From: a virus
IMG/VR virus record: IMGVR_UViG_3300026097_000980
Span: 64,001-128,000 of that record
Direction: 5' to 3' (one strand)
DNA length: 64,000 nucleotides
Shown: positions 41,107 through 50,680 of the stretch, in pieces
Numbering within the stretch: position 1 is the stretch's first letter
Layout of the letters: each line of letters opens with the position of its first letter
Made by a program: the position numbers and the translations under genes
Notes under the pieces: model-generated
What the model was told of the DNA's origin: nothing
Database searches by the model: none
Seen by the model: the letters and a program-made list of their open reading frames with translations, nothing else

Positions 41107-41349
41107 TTAATAGTTTTTCTGCGGTAATTTTTGTTGATTAAGTTTTTTACGCCATCGAGCTTTTGCCGCAGAACGTGCCCGCTTCCTTTCAGAACTAGGT
41201 TTTTCGTAAGACTCTCTTTTTCGTACTTCTTCCAATATACGACTATCGTTGACTTTTCGTTTAAGTCTACGAAGAGCTTGAGTAAGATTTTCATTGTCTT
41301 TTAATTTGACAGATCTGCCTTTAAAATCGTTATGTTTATAATTAGCCAT
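41107..41349 (-). CDS. rpsU: ribosomal protein bS21
   Basis: ENLTQALRRLKRK...E.RKRESYEKPS..RKR. Confidence 0.9.
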   Translation of the reverse strand: MANYKHNDFKGRSVKLKDNENLTQALRRLKRKVNDSRILEEVRKRESYEKPSSERKRARSAAKARWRKKLNQQKLPQKNY

Positions 41350-41396
41350 GGAAATATTTATATTTTAACCTTAATACAACTATTATATATGAAACA

Positions 41397-41807
41397 TTAA
41401 AGATTGTCTACCGAAGGATGCTTTAAAATAATATTAGTAATCTGACTATATGAATTTATAATTCTGTGATTGTAGCTTGGAAAAAATCTATCGTTGCCTA
41501 CTGAATATGCTTTTTTATTTGCTTTTAAAAACCCAACTAATTCTCTAAAATCTGATTCGGCATTATAGATTATTAAATCGCTTTTTACAATTTTATCGAG
41601 CAACCATTCCTGACTATGTTCTTGACCCCAATAATAACATATAACAGGCACTGTCTCCCCAATATCCAACAAAGGCTTTGTAAAATTTTGAGTTTGATCT
41701 TGATTTAAATCCACAAGAAGAAGGCGAAATCCTGATTCAAGATAGTCATCCGGTTCGGTAACTACAATAATTTTCTGATCTACTTCTTGTTCTTGATTTG
41801 GTTCCAT
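41397..41807 (-). CDS. hypothetical protein
   Basis: ORF. Confidence 0.5.
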   Translation of the reverse strand: MEPNQEQEVDQKIIVVTEPDDYLESGFRLLLVDLNQDQTQNFTKPLLDIGETVPVICYYWGQEHSQEWLLDKIVKSDLIIYNAESDFRELVGFLKANKKAYSVGNDRFFPSYNHRIINSYSQITNIILKHPSVDNL

Positions 41808-41844
41808 ATAGAGGTGCTCGATTGTTCAGAGTTTTGAATGTAAT

Positions 41845-43647
41845 CTATTTTTCTCTTTTGATCTGCTGGGTTCCCTGTTTCTCTATCCACTGAGATCTTT
41901 TTTTTTGATCTTGTTGTTCAGCTATCCATTTGAGTGCTTCGGTAGCATCCTCGTCGAGCTCTAAATATTCTTCAGTTTCCCAAGGCAATAACTCTATTTT
42001 TCCGTGTTTTAACAATTGTCTTTGTCTTTTTAAACTGTCCTCAGGATTGTCTGCCTTCCACATTCTCATTGCTTCTCTTTCAGCTTCATGAACAGAATCT
42101 AAAATTTCTTCGTCCGTTTCGTCGTACTCTTCTTCTGTATCATTATCCGAATCGATCTCTGTCTCGACTGTCTCAATTTCTGTTTCAGTGATTTCAACTT
42201 CTTGATTGATTTTTTCATCTCTACTTACAGGATTTTCGTCATTGTAAAATTCTTCTACCAATCCTTGTGTTTCTTTTTGCGTAGCAAGGTCCCAATCTTG
42301 TAAATATTTTGGATCTATCGTTGGCGCCGGTATGTAGTCATCTTGCGTAGGATCGCTTCCTTGTTCCTCTGGAATTGGTTCCTCACTTCCTCTATCCGTT
42401 CCATTAGGAGGTCCGTCTCCGTCAGGATCCTCTGGCCCTCCATCATTATCGTTGGGCTCATCTTTTTCCTCGGTGGCAGTTTCATTTCGCTCCTCCCTGC
42501 TCCAATTAAAAGTATACTGGCTTGCAATTAGAAGTAGTACAGCAAGAGGATCAAACACAATGATAATAACAATAATAACCCAACGAACTGCTTCTTCTAA
42601 TAGATTTTTATCTGCTTGCTCGCCATAGATAAACTCTGCAATATACTTGATAGGACCAACTTCCGCTTCTAGCTTGCGATACTCAGCTTCTAGAGTAAAC
42701 TTTTGTTCTGTGAGAGCGTCAAGCTCTGTGTTAGCGGCTTTGATTCTTGCGTTCTGTTCGTCGATGATAGCATCAATATCTTCGCCTGTGCTTTGACCTA
42801 ATTGTCCACGAAGTCTGCCAATAAGTTTGTTGCTGTCATCAATCTCTGCTTCAGCACGACTACGAAGTCTCTGTATTTCTTCTTGAGCGTTTGCTTTTAG
42901 TTCTTCAATCTTAGCGAGAATCTCCGTACGTTCTTGCTCGAGCCCTTCTTTATATGCAGATACAGCACGGGCTGTGCCGCCGCCGTATGCACCGTCTGGT
43001 CTAGTACCTACTAGACTTTGTAGGCGTTTAACTGCTTCTTCGTCTGTGGTATCAATATCGGATAGTTCGTTAAATCTAGCAAGTTTTTCATCAACAGCTG
43101 GAAGTTGACCTAAATAAAATTCTTTGTCTCGTTCAAGTTTTTCGTTAGTAGCATCAATAGCAGGTTGTACACGATCGTAGGCTGTGTCAATACGCTCTTG
43201 TTCTCTGTCAATCTGTGACTGTATGTTTTGATCTGCACCTGTGCCTGAAGTTTGTGTAGTTTCTACTATTTGTTCGGCACGAGCAATAACTGCTTGCTGT
43301 CTAGCAATCTCTTTTTCAATCTGTTCAATTTGTGCAACGCCTTCGCCTGCGGCTGACGTCTGTTCTATGTGTGCCTTTGACAAGAACCCAAAGATACCCA
43401 TGCTTGTAATAAACATTAGAATAATAACAGCGGTACTTAGATAGGTTTTGAGCCACCAAGTAGCACGTTCCCAGTGCTTGTGTAACCACACTGCTGTGAC
43501 CAGTTTACCAATCTCAAGAGCGCCGCCCATAATGATAATTGGAACTGCGGCTGCCGCAAAGATAGCAACAAGCCCTGCTACTGAGTAGTAAATGGCAACC
43601 GCACTAATAGTGAGTGCGGTGATGAGTGTTAGTACTGCTAAGAACAT
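41845..43647 (-). CDS. membrane coiled-coil protein with peptidoglycan-binding motif
   Basis: Three N-terminal TMs, coiled coil, VKRLQ..VG..PDG.YG..T..AV (PG_binding_1-like), later TM, acidic tail. Confidence 0.6.
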   Translation of the reverse strand: MFLAVLTLITALTISAVAIYYSVAGLVAIFAAAAVPIIIMGGALEIGKLVTAVWLHKHWERATWWLKTYLSTAVIILMFITSMGIFGFLSKAHIEQTSAAGEGVAQIEQIEKEIARQQAVIARAEQIVETTQTSGTGADQNIQSQIDREQERIDTAYDRVQPAIDATNEKLERDKEFYLGQLPAVDEKLARFNELSDIDTTDEEAVKRLQSLVGTRPDGAYGGGTARAVSAYKEGLEQERTEILAKIEELKANAQEEIQRLRSRAEAEIDDSNKLIGRLRGQLGQSTGEDIDAIIDEQNARIKAANTELDALTEQKFTLEAEYRKLEAEVGPIKYIAEFIYGEQADKNLLEEAVRWVIIVIIIVFDPLAVLLLIASQYTFNWSREERNETATEEKDEPNDNDGGPEDPDGDGPPNGTDRGSEEPIPEEQGSDPTQDDYIPAPTIDPKYLQDWDLATQKETQGLVEEFYNDENPVSRDEKINQEVEITETEIETVETEIDSDNDTEEEYDETDEEILDSVHEAEREAMRMWKADNPEDSLKRQRQLLKHGKIELLPWETEEYLELDEDATEALKWIAEQQDQKKRSQWIEKQGTQQIKREK

Positions 43648-43654
43648 ACTGTAT

Positions 43655-44089
43655 TTATTTTTCTACCCATGTCCAAGCACCGGAACCGTTATCGAAACAC
43701 GCAGTAGCGTCCATGGTTTTTGTAACATTATGTGCAGTTGCTTGAATGTAAATTTTTCGACAGTATCCGCTTCCGGCTGGATAGGTAATAACAGGAACAG
43801 CCATACCGGTTGCTTCAGAGCCGTACCAGATAACTTTTTCTCCGTTTTCCGCAAACATCAAAGCATGGTGAATTGAACTTTGATACTTCACTTCGTCCTG
43901 ACTGTTCATTGTTTTAAACCAGCCAAATGATAGTGTGATAATTTGGTTTGTAAAGTTTCCCGAACGATACTCGTAAAATTTAGGACTATTAAAGTCAGCA
44001 AATGCCTGATTAGTAACCAGGCATAGCGGTATTAATAACTTCCCAAGTGCCGTCAGGACGTTGACAGCTGATAGCTTGGCGATGAACAT
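43655..44089 (-). CDS. 17-kDa surface-antigen-like protein
   Basis: AL..AENGE.V.W...GYCR...ATAC...G.W. Confidence 0.5.
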   Translation of the reverse strand: MFIAKLSAVNVLTALGKLLIPLCLVTNQAFADFNSPKFYEYRSGNFTNQIITLSFGWFKTMNSQDEVKYQSSIHHALMFAENGEKVIWYGSEATGMAVPVITYPAGSGYCRKIYIQATAHNVTKTMDATACFDNGSGAWTWVEK

Positions 44090-44339
44090 AATGTCCTCCG
44101 ATTTGCATTGGATATGTGAACACTCCGCAATTAGGTGCCATACCTAATCTATGTTGTGCAACCCTTTTGATCTGATCATCAGTACACTCGACAAGAGTTT
44201 GACTTTCGACAGTTTCGCCATTCTTGGTTAAGATTTCCTGTGAAGTATGGCAGTATTGCGGAGTGTGATTAACAACTTTTGTTTGAGCAGAGGAGCAACC
44301 TGCTAATGCAATTGCTCCTAAGATTAACAGACCACGCAT
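44010..44339 (-). CDS. lipoprotein
   Basis: Lipobox LAGC. Confidence 0.7.
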   Translation of the reverse strand: MRGLLILGAIALAGCSSAQTKVVNHTPQYCHTSQEILTKNGETVESQTLVECTDDQIKRVAQHRLGMAPNCGVFTYPMQIGGHYVHRQAISCQRPDGTWEVINTAMPGY

Positions 44340-44340
44340 G

Positions 44341-44829
44341 TTATTGTGCCTTGTTAGTTGTTATTAAAGCGTCGAATACATCTTTAGGCATTTTAAGTTT
44401 TACAAACGTGTAATGTTTGCCCTGAAAAATATAAGTGCCTCGTTCTTCTTCAAGATGCTGGGTAATTGCAGTATCTTTTACACTGTATGAAATAACAGTA
44501 TGAGTCGAACGCTGGTCGTTTACAAATTCTAGTTTTGTTTCTGAATTAACTTTGCCATTAATTCGCTTGGCAAAATTATTCATTGCAATTGCATGCATTT
44601 GTTCTTCAGCGGCTTGCTGATAACGACTTTCACCTGCACCGCAAGCATATGCATAATCCTTTGACCACCAAAGGAACCCTTCTGTGCCTGCCTGTGCGCA
44701 ACTTGCGTACCACTTAGGTTGGGCGTATGAATCGCGTTCTGCGATTTCAACAGTTGATGAAAATGTAGAACAACCTGCTGTTACTGCAAATGCTGATGCT
44801 ACTGCCAGTGCCTTAAATGTGCCTTTCAT
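44341..44829 (-). CDS. LPP20-like lipoprotein
   Basis: Lipobox TAGC; P.WY...G.GES. Confidence 0.6.
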   Translation of the reverse strand: MKGTFKALAVASAFAVTAGCSTFSSTVEIAERDSYAQPKWYASCAQAGTEGFLWWSKDYAYACGAGESRYQQAAEEQMHAIAMNNFAKRINGKVNSETKLEFVNDQRSTHTVISYSVKDTAITQHLEEERGTYIFQGKHYTFVKLKMPKDVFDALITTNKAQ

Positions 44830-44902
44830 TGTATTAGTCTCCGTGTGTGTTTTCTAACAATGTTTAATTAGTATAAGTGAAATTGATCCGGTTGTCAACC
44901 TT

Positions 44903-45469
44903 TTATTCGGCTCTGTAAAAGATGTGAGCACCGATGCGTCCAATTGTGCGGAATCGCTTGTTCCAACTTGGGTCAACATAGGTTGCATGATAGTGAGTAG
45001 CACCTTCTGTGATGCCTCTGTATAAGTCGCGATTGAGGATTTGAAATGCCACAGTCTGTGCCCGTCTCCATGCCTCGGCATCAGTAGGATTATCACTCTT
45101 GCCATCACAGAACCAGCTGAACTGACACTTGTGTCTAACAGGTACAAGTTTGTTGTGATTATCTTTCCACCATTTGGAATATTTCGCATCTTGAACTACT
45201 CCACAAGGTGTGTTCGGCCAGCGGCTGTCTCGCACACGATTAAGAACAACATCGCTGACAGCGAACATTCCTGCAAGATTGTCTGAACGACTTTCGTGGT
45301 ACACATTTAGTGCCATACAGTATTCCTGCGGATGGCTCTCCATTGTGTATAATTCTGCTTCTGGTGCTCTGATAGTATCACCAAAGGAATTGTCTGACGC
45401 AACCGATACTGTTGCAAACAACATCGAAGACACGATTGCTGTTGTAAATTTCATTATTCGCTCCATCAA
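44903..45469 (-). CDS. SleB-like cell wall hydrolase (Hydrolase_2)
   Basis: CMALNVYHESR, VLNRV, CQFSW, GATHYHA, IGAHIFY. Confidence 0.9.
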   Translation of the reverse strand: MMERIMKFTTAIVSSMLFATVSVASDNSFGDTIRAPEAELYTMESHPQEYCMALNVYHESRSDNLAGMFAVSDVVLNRVRDSRWPNTPCGVVQDAKYSKWWKDNHNKLVPVRHKCQFSWFCDGKSDNPTDAEAWRRAQTVAFQILNRDLYRGITEGATHYHATYVDPSWNKRFRTIGRIGAHIFYRAE

Positions 45470-45507
45470 TTATTTAAAGGTTAATCTCTTATAATAAACT
45501 GTTAAGT

Positions 45508-45954
45508 TTACCCGCGACGCATTTTACTGATCATTTCTGCTTCTTCTTGATTAATAACAGGAACAGCATTACTTTTATGCATAGTAGCCACTCCCTTGAT
45601 GAGTGTGCCTGTATATTCTTTCTTTGGTTGTGCAAGTGCATTTCCTGTGCTCAGTTCGCCACTGGGGATATGTGATCCGCTGTCTCTGCGATAGCCTTTT
45701 GGTTGCCAGTCGAATGTTTTTACTTCTGGTGCTGTCTGATACTGCACAGGCTTGCGGCGTTCTGTTTCGCCATGCACCCAAGCAACATATTGATCAATGT
45801 CCATGCAGAGATCGTGTTGATGTGCCTGCTTCATTCGCTTGTTGTAATCGCGAAGTTCTGCTTGATACTTTTTTAACTGCGTTTTTGTAAGTTTGCTTTT
45901 CTTAGGCTTGGCTGTTCGTAAAGTAGACAAACCTTTTTCGAGATGCATTGTCAT
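45508..45954 (-). CDS. conserved T4-like hypothetical protein
   Basis: C-terminal YTG..IKGVATMHKSNAVPV...MRRG; upstream TTGACA-17-TAATAT and GGAG. Confidence 0.6.
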   Translation of the reverse strand: MTMHLEKGLSTLRTAKPKKSKLTKTQLKKYQAELRDYNKRMKQAHQHDLCMDIDQYVAWVHGETERRKPVQYQTAPEVKTFDWQPKGYRRDSGSHIPSGELSTGNALAQPKKEYTGTLIKGVATMHKSNAVPVINQEEAEMISKMRRG

Positions 45955-46018
45955 ACGACACTCCGTAGTTGTTAAACTATACAACTATATTAAACTCGTG
46001 TTGTAGAAATGTCAACCG

Positions 46019-46066
46019 TTATTGTATTTGTGATTTCATCCACTGCCAGTATTCTGAATCAGTCAT
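46019..46066 (-). CDS. 15-aa micro-ORF MTDSEYWQWMKSQIQ downstream of the Leu attenuator
   Basis: Preceded by GGAGAAAGGAA immediately after the terminator. Confidence 0.4.
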   Translation of the reverse strand: MTDSEYWQWMKSQIQ

Positions 46067-46080
46067 TTCCTTTCTCCATT

Positions 46081-46112
46081 AAAAAACCCCGGAACATTTC
46101 TATCCCGGGGTT
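46081..46112 (-). terminator. attenuator terminator
   Basis: CCCCGGGATA-GAAA-TGTTCCGGGG-TTTTTT. Confidence 0.85.
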
Positions 46113-46131
46113 AAGTCTAGCACAATAGAGC

Positions 46132-46188
46132 CTACTCCCCGGGAGAGTATCCTAATAGTAGTAGACTGCTGTGTGCGATTGTCTTCAT
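46132..46188 (-). CDS. Leu-type attenuator leader peptide MKTIAHSSLLLLGYSPGE
   Basis: CTA CTA CTA TTA run; CCCGGGG in the leader is complementary to the terminator 5' arm. Confidence 0.75.
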   Translation of the reverse strand: MKTIAHSSLLLLGYSPGE

Positions 46189-46192
46189 ATTA

Positions 46193-46786
46193 TTATTTAC
46201 TCAAACTTTTTAAAAATTGAAATGCTTCTTTAGATTTAAGATAATCTAAACAATTCTCCGGTGTTGATTCAAAATAAGGATCTTGATCTTCACCGAGGTC
46301 ATTAATATCTGGTTCTTGCCACCATTTTTCTATAACACAATCATTAATAATTGCAGAATAACGCCAGCTACGCATACCAAAACCAAGATGCGACTTATCG
46401 ACTAACATTCCCATTCTACGAGTAAAATCACCATTACCGTCTGGGATAAATTTAATGTTTTGAACGCTTTGATCAATCATCCACTTACGCATTACAAAGG
46501 TGTCGTTTACTGAAATAACATAAATGTCATCTACGCCTTCGTCAAGAATCTGTTGATAGTTTTCTTCAAATCCTGGAACTTGAAATGTTGAACATGTAGG
46601 TGTAAATGCTCCAGGTAAAGAAAATAACACAATTCTTTTATTTGCAAAAATATCTTCGGTTGTAAATTCTTTCCAATCAAACGGATTTTCACCGCCGTTA
46701 GTTGTGTCTACATAAGTGATAGGATGTCCGTCAGTGCGGACACGATAATGAAATGTTGTAAACGGAATTTGTATGCCTTCTTTCAT
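46193..46786 (-). CDS. peroxiredoxin (Prx5-like)
   Basis: LPGAFTPTCS, SVND.FVM, G.RSWRY. Confidence 0.92.
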   Translation of the reverse strand: MKEGIQIPFTTFHYRVRTDGHPITYVDTTNGGENPFDWKEFTTEDIFANKRIVLFSLPGAFTPTCSTFQVPGFEENYQQILDEGVDDIYVISVNDTFVMRKWMIDQSVQNIKFIPDGNGDFTRRMGMLVDKSHLGFGMRSWRYSAIINDCVIEKWWQEPDINDLGEDQDPYFESTPENCLDYLKSKEAFQFLKSLSK

Positions 46787-47037
46787 GTGTGTGTTTCTCC
46801 TTGATAAGCACGAAAAAGTTTTGAACCTAATGGACTGATTGGTTCTTGAGGTTTCGCTTTTTTCCCTGTCCTTTCTTCTACCATCATTAACAGTCTGGTA
46901 GCGTGTCCTCGTTTTCTATATAGAGGATTCACAAAAATATATTCTATCTCTGCGTGTGTGTTATACCTAACAAAAGCAATAGTGGTGTTAGGATTACGAA
47001 AAGTGATGACGCCATCACCGTAGATGACGTCCCACAT
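46783..47037 (-). CDS. minimal GNAT acetyltransferase
   Basis: IEYIFVNPLYRKRGHATRLL; start set at MWDV. Confidence 0.7.
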   Translation of the reverse strand: MWDVIYGDGVITFRNPNTTIAFVRYNTHAEIEYIFVNPLYRKRGHATRLLMMVEERTGKKAKPQEPISPLGSKLFRAYQGETHT

Positions 47038-47044
47038 TACACAG

Positions 47045-47479
47045 TTAGGCGTTTTCTTCGTTGTATGCATCCAAAGTCTTCTTGAACTTGTTAGCATGTG
47101 AACGCTCTGCCTTAGCAAGAGTTTCAAACCAATCTGCAATCTCGTCGTGGCCTTCGTCACGAGCTGTCTTTGCCATGCCCGGGTACATGTCCGTGTATTC
47201 ATGTGTTTCACCAGCAATAGCACTTTCCAATGCTTCTACAACATTGCCTGCCGCTAGACCGGTTTCTGGATCACCCGAGCCACCTTGAATTAGATATTCC
47301 ATGTGTCCGTGTGCGTGACCAGTTTCGCCTTCTGCTGTGTTACGGAATACATTGGCTACTTCTGGAGCACCTTCAATGTCTGCCATGTTTGCAAAATACA
47401 AATAACGACGGTTGGCTTTTGACTCACCTGCGAAAGCATCTTTCAATGCCTGTTCTGTTTTAGAACCTTTAAGACTCAT
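47045..47479 (-). CDS. rubrerythrin (erythrin-type)
   Basis: [36 protein letters not shown]. Confidence 0.92.
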   Translation of the reverse strand: MSLKGSKTEQALKDAFAGESKANRRYLYFANMADIEGAPEVANVFRNTAEGETGHAHGHMEYLIQGGSGDPETGLAAGNVVEALESAIAGETHEYTDMYPGMAKTARDEGHDEIADWFETLAKAERSHANKFKKTLDAYNEENA

Positions 47480-47611
47480 AGTTTCCTCCTGTTGTTGTAA
47501 ACTATTAAACTATTGTAGTAGATATTTACTATTAATGCAACCGTAAAAATTGCAAAAATCTATGTTATTTTTCTATGGGTGTGTTAGTTAAAATCTATTA
47601 TCTTTACAGAT

Positions 47612-47640
47612 AAAAAAAGGCCGCCGAAGCGACCTTTTTA
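47612..47640. terminator. intrinsic terminator
   Basis: AAAAAAAGGCCGC-CGAA-GCGACCTTTTT. Confidence 0.7.
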
Positions 47641-47652
47641 CTAGATTCTATA

Positions 47653-47994
47653 TTAGAATGATAATTTGATGCCTACAGTTGTTTCTGTACGCTCAACATC
47701 CTCGTTTAGATCTGTGTTGACATATGCTGATACACTGTCTGTGATTGATTTACTAACGTCAACTTCAATGTCTTCAAGTGTAAAATCTGCACCAGCATCT
47801 GTGTCATGTAGATTGATGCTTGTTGCAACTTCTACGCCGTATGGTAAACCTGTAAGGCTGTTGCCTAATACAAAGTTATTAATTTCACCTTTCGCTTCGT
47901 GCTCAAGTGCAATCGATGTTCCAAGGTCTAGTCCTTCAGCTGATACTGCTGTTGCAGATACGGCAAACATTGCCGCGATTAACGTTTTAGTCAT
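47653..47994 (-). CDS. small outer-membrane beta-barrel-like protein
   Basis: Signal peptide; alternating beta pattern; C-terminal VGIKLSF. Confidence 0.55.
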   Translation of the reverse strand: MTKTLIAAMFAVSATAVSAEGLDLGTSIALEHEAKGEINNFVLGNSLTGLPYGVEVATSINLHDTDAGADFTLEDIEVDVSKSITDSVSAYVNTDLNEDVERTETTVGIKLSF

Positions 47995-48064
47995 TTTATT
48001 TCCTTCTGTGTGTGATATTGTTTAGATATCTAAGTATAGTTATAAAAGAAAAGCACCCGAAGGT

Positions 48065-48388
48065 GCTTTTCTGACTTTTGGATTACAAGGCAGTCAACCC
48101 CGAAGCCTCATGCGGCCAGTGCGAATGTTTCATCATTTGCAGTTATTTTATTTTGCTTCTACGACCGGGTATACTCCCAATCCTAACGGCTTTCACATTG
48201 CCGGTAACTCCACTCGCCTAATCATCTCGCCGTCGAATCCTTGATCTGCCCCATCATAGATACACCACGTTCTTCTCCTACTATTTCACCTTTCGGTCTA
48301 CTCTCTCGGAGTTGTAGATGTATCTATGGTGGAACAGCCGGGAGTCGAACCCGGGTCCGTCAACCTTTCGGTCTGCTTCATCGTTACA
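48065..48388 (-). ncRNA. ssrA: circularly permuted (two-piece) tmRNA, tag ANDETFALAA
   Basis: T-arm/ACCA piece ends at 48327, upstream of the GGGGCAG 5' end at 48252; G3.U pair; tag frame 48140-48108. Confidence 0.9.
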
Positions 48389-48395
48389 GTATTAT

Positions 48396-48680
48396 TTAAC
48401 TATCTTTTTTGCTGTCTGTCAAGTCTTCTAATTGCTTTTTTAAATTTAAGACTTGGATATGCAGTAACATGTTTTCCACAACCAATTTAGTCATAGATGC
48501 AAGGAGCACAACTTTGTCTTCTTCTGTGTACTCTTCTTTATCGAATTGCTCCAGGATAGATGTTCCTATCATTTTAAAGGCTTCGTCTTTGCCTACAGAT
48601 AATTTATCCCAAGGAATAGGATCTCCCGATTCCGCTTCTTTAGCGATGTCTACTAATAATTCTAAATCAATTTCTCTCAT
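48396..48680 (-). CDS. hypothetical protein
   Basis: ORF. Confidence 0.5.
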   Translation of the reverse strand: MREIDLELLVDIAKEAESGDPIPWDKLSVGKDEAFKMIGTSILEQFDKEEYTEEDKVVLLASMTKLVVENMLLHIQVLNLKKQLEDLTDSKKDS

Positions 48681-49318
48681 AATTCTAAATCTCTACTTTC
48701 AAAAACGATGTTATTAACAAATCTAGATCTGTGTTTTGTGGGACAGCTACCAGAATGCCATAATTTCGAAGGAAATAGCATAGCTCTTCCTTTTTTCGGC
48801 TCTACTTCTTTGAGAATTTTCAAGTTATCTTCTCCGAATCCTAAATGTGGTATCTTCTTTTTAAACAATCTAGTAGGACCATCCGAGTCGCTAACATAAT
48901 ATATTAATGTGAATCTGTTAGGGAATGTACTGTCTTGATGTGGAGGATGAAATTTATTTTCAAATCCCGGATGCTGTAATAAACAGTTGTTTTTAATTCT
49001 ATCAATACCGTTAATTTGGCAGCTCAAAAGTTCTTGCAACAGATAGACCAAACTGCACTGTAAATAGAAATGCTCTCTATCGTATACACCATCTTCTTGT
49101 TTGCTAATATGAACAAGTTGAGGTGTTTCAAGTATGTTAGGATTGTTATTCCAGTCTTTGGGTTCTACTGTCCAATCTGTATACTTCCAATCTATGTCTC
49201 CATCTCGAAATATATTTTCTAGATCGTTCTGTAATGTTACCGGAGCAAAGTCGTCGATCACTAAACAGGTTTTATCTAAATAGTCCAATTTTTTTGTTGT
49301 TTTTAATTCTTTCATCAT
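48677..49318 (-). CDS. 2OG-Fe(II) oxygenase
   Basis: PPHQD...IYYV.DSDGPT...WHSGSCP...R. Confidence 0.8.
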   Translation of the reverse strand: MMKELKTTKKLDYLDKTCLVIDDFAPVTLQNDLENIFRDGDIDWKYTDWTVEPKDWNNNPNILETPQLVHISKQEDGVYDREHFYLQCSLVYLLQELLSCQINGIDRIKNNCLLQHPGFENKFHPPHQDSTFPNRFTLIYYVSDSDGPTRLFKKKIPHLGFGEDNLKILKEVEPKKGRAMLFPSKLWHSGSCPTKHRSRFVNNIVFESRDLEL

Positions 49319-49691
49319 ACTCTTTCTTTGTACTAGGAAAATGCCATGCCCAAAATGCAATTAGAAACATAAAGCCGCCACTGTAAATAACTGCATTTAA
49401 ATTTCCGGTTGCATAGTATGTTATCAAAACAGTCGAACTCATCACAGTAATCATGGCATACTTGGCTTTCAACGGAAAAACTTTATAATGTGTCCAATTG
49501 GTTAGAAACTCGCCGAACCATGGATGATTGTACAACCAATCGTGCATCTTTTTAGAACTTTTACTAAACGCCCAAGCGGCAGTGACAAGGAATATTGAAA
49601 ACGGAATACCCGGTGTTACAAATCCTATGTAGGCCATTCCTACACAGAAAAAGCCTAAAGTCATATATAGATATTTTTTAAGGTGATACAA
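49272..49691 (-). CDS. YbaN/DUF454 membrane protein
   Basis: G.IG.V.PGIP.SIF...AWAFSKSS...WL..HP.FG. Confidence 0.8.
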   Translation of the reverse strand: MYHLKKYLYMTLGFFCVGMAYIGFVTPGIPFSIFLVTAAWAFSKSSKKMHDWLYNHPWFGEFLTNWTHYKVFPLKAKYAMITVMSSTVLITYYATGNLNAVIYSGGFMFLIAFWAWHFPSTKKEYDERIKNNKKIGLFR

Positions 49692-50481
49692 CTATAATCT
49701 CGCCGGTAGTCGGATTGTAATACATAGGACTAAATCCTGCAGGGGGTGTGCCGCCGGTTACTTCTCTAACTGGTTTTACATAGAATCTGTTTGAATCTTC
49801 AGATTCTAATACAGCTATTGCAGGCTGTGCGGAGATGATAATTGTATGTTCATGTTGATTATTTGCCCCGGCGCCGAGGCCTATAGCAATTGATCTCGCT
49901 CCCTGGTTGTTACGACCTGCAGAATCACCGATGGCTATTGCATCTTCTCCCTGATCGATTCTACCTGCGAAAGCGCCCATGGCTACAGCGGCTTGTCCTT
50001 GGTTTTGATATCCGGCGTTGTCGCCGACGGCTACAGCATCGTCTCCTTGATTGGAATTTCCGGCGACGTTGCCGATTGCAATAGCAGTAATACCTTGCGA
50101 GCTAATGCTGCCGGCTTTGTAGCCAATTGCTACAGATCTCAATCCTGCATCAAGTCCTGCTTCAAAACCTAATGCAATCGTCTGTTCTGAAGTTCTTATT
50201 TGTGACGTTTCGACCGGGCCGACAATTTTTCCGTCAACCCCGTCTACAAGTATAGTACTATCGTCAGCAAATACCGATCCTGTCAAATCTCCATCAATTC
50301 GATCAAGACTAATAGTAGTGAACGAAAGTTGACCATTACCATCGGTGGTTAGTACCTGATTTTCTAATCCATCAGTAGCAGGAAATTGATATGATCCATC
50401 GCCACCTAAATGGGTAAAGTTTCCATCAAGTTCGTTATATGTTAAGGCTTCGCCCTTGTCGCTACGCTTAACTAAAGTCAT
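49678..50481 (-). CDS. fibre/adhesin-like protein with YadA-like beta-roll repeats
   Basis: R.DKG.ALT..ELDGNF N-terminus; QG..AIAIG..AG 15-aa repeats. Confidence 0.7.
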   Translation of the reverse strand: MTLVKRSDKGEALTYNELDGNFTHLGGDGSYQFPATDGLENQVLTTDGNGQLSFTTISLDRIDGDLTGSVFADDSTILVDGVDGKIVGPVETSQIRTSEQTIALGFEAGLDAGLRSVAIGYKAGSISSQGITAIAIGNVAGNSNQGDDAVAVGDNAGYQNQGQAAVAMGAFAGRIDQGEDAIAIGDSAGRNNQGARSIAIGLGAGANNQHEHTIIISAQPAIAVLESEDSNRFYVKPVREVTGGTPPAGFSPMYYNPTTGEIIVVSP

Positions 50482-50680
50482 TCGCTAATATTTCCGTCAT
50501 CGTCGTAGTGTTCGCCTACATAACTACTAAACACACCATTCTCTATTCCTGGATTGTTTTCAACATAATCAAAAACAACATATTCAAATCTTGCTGTTTG
50601 TTGACGAGTTGGCAATCTTAAAAAGGTAAAACCAGTGTCATCAAGTGTTGCTTCTGTTTCTCCGTATCTTGGCATTTATT

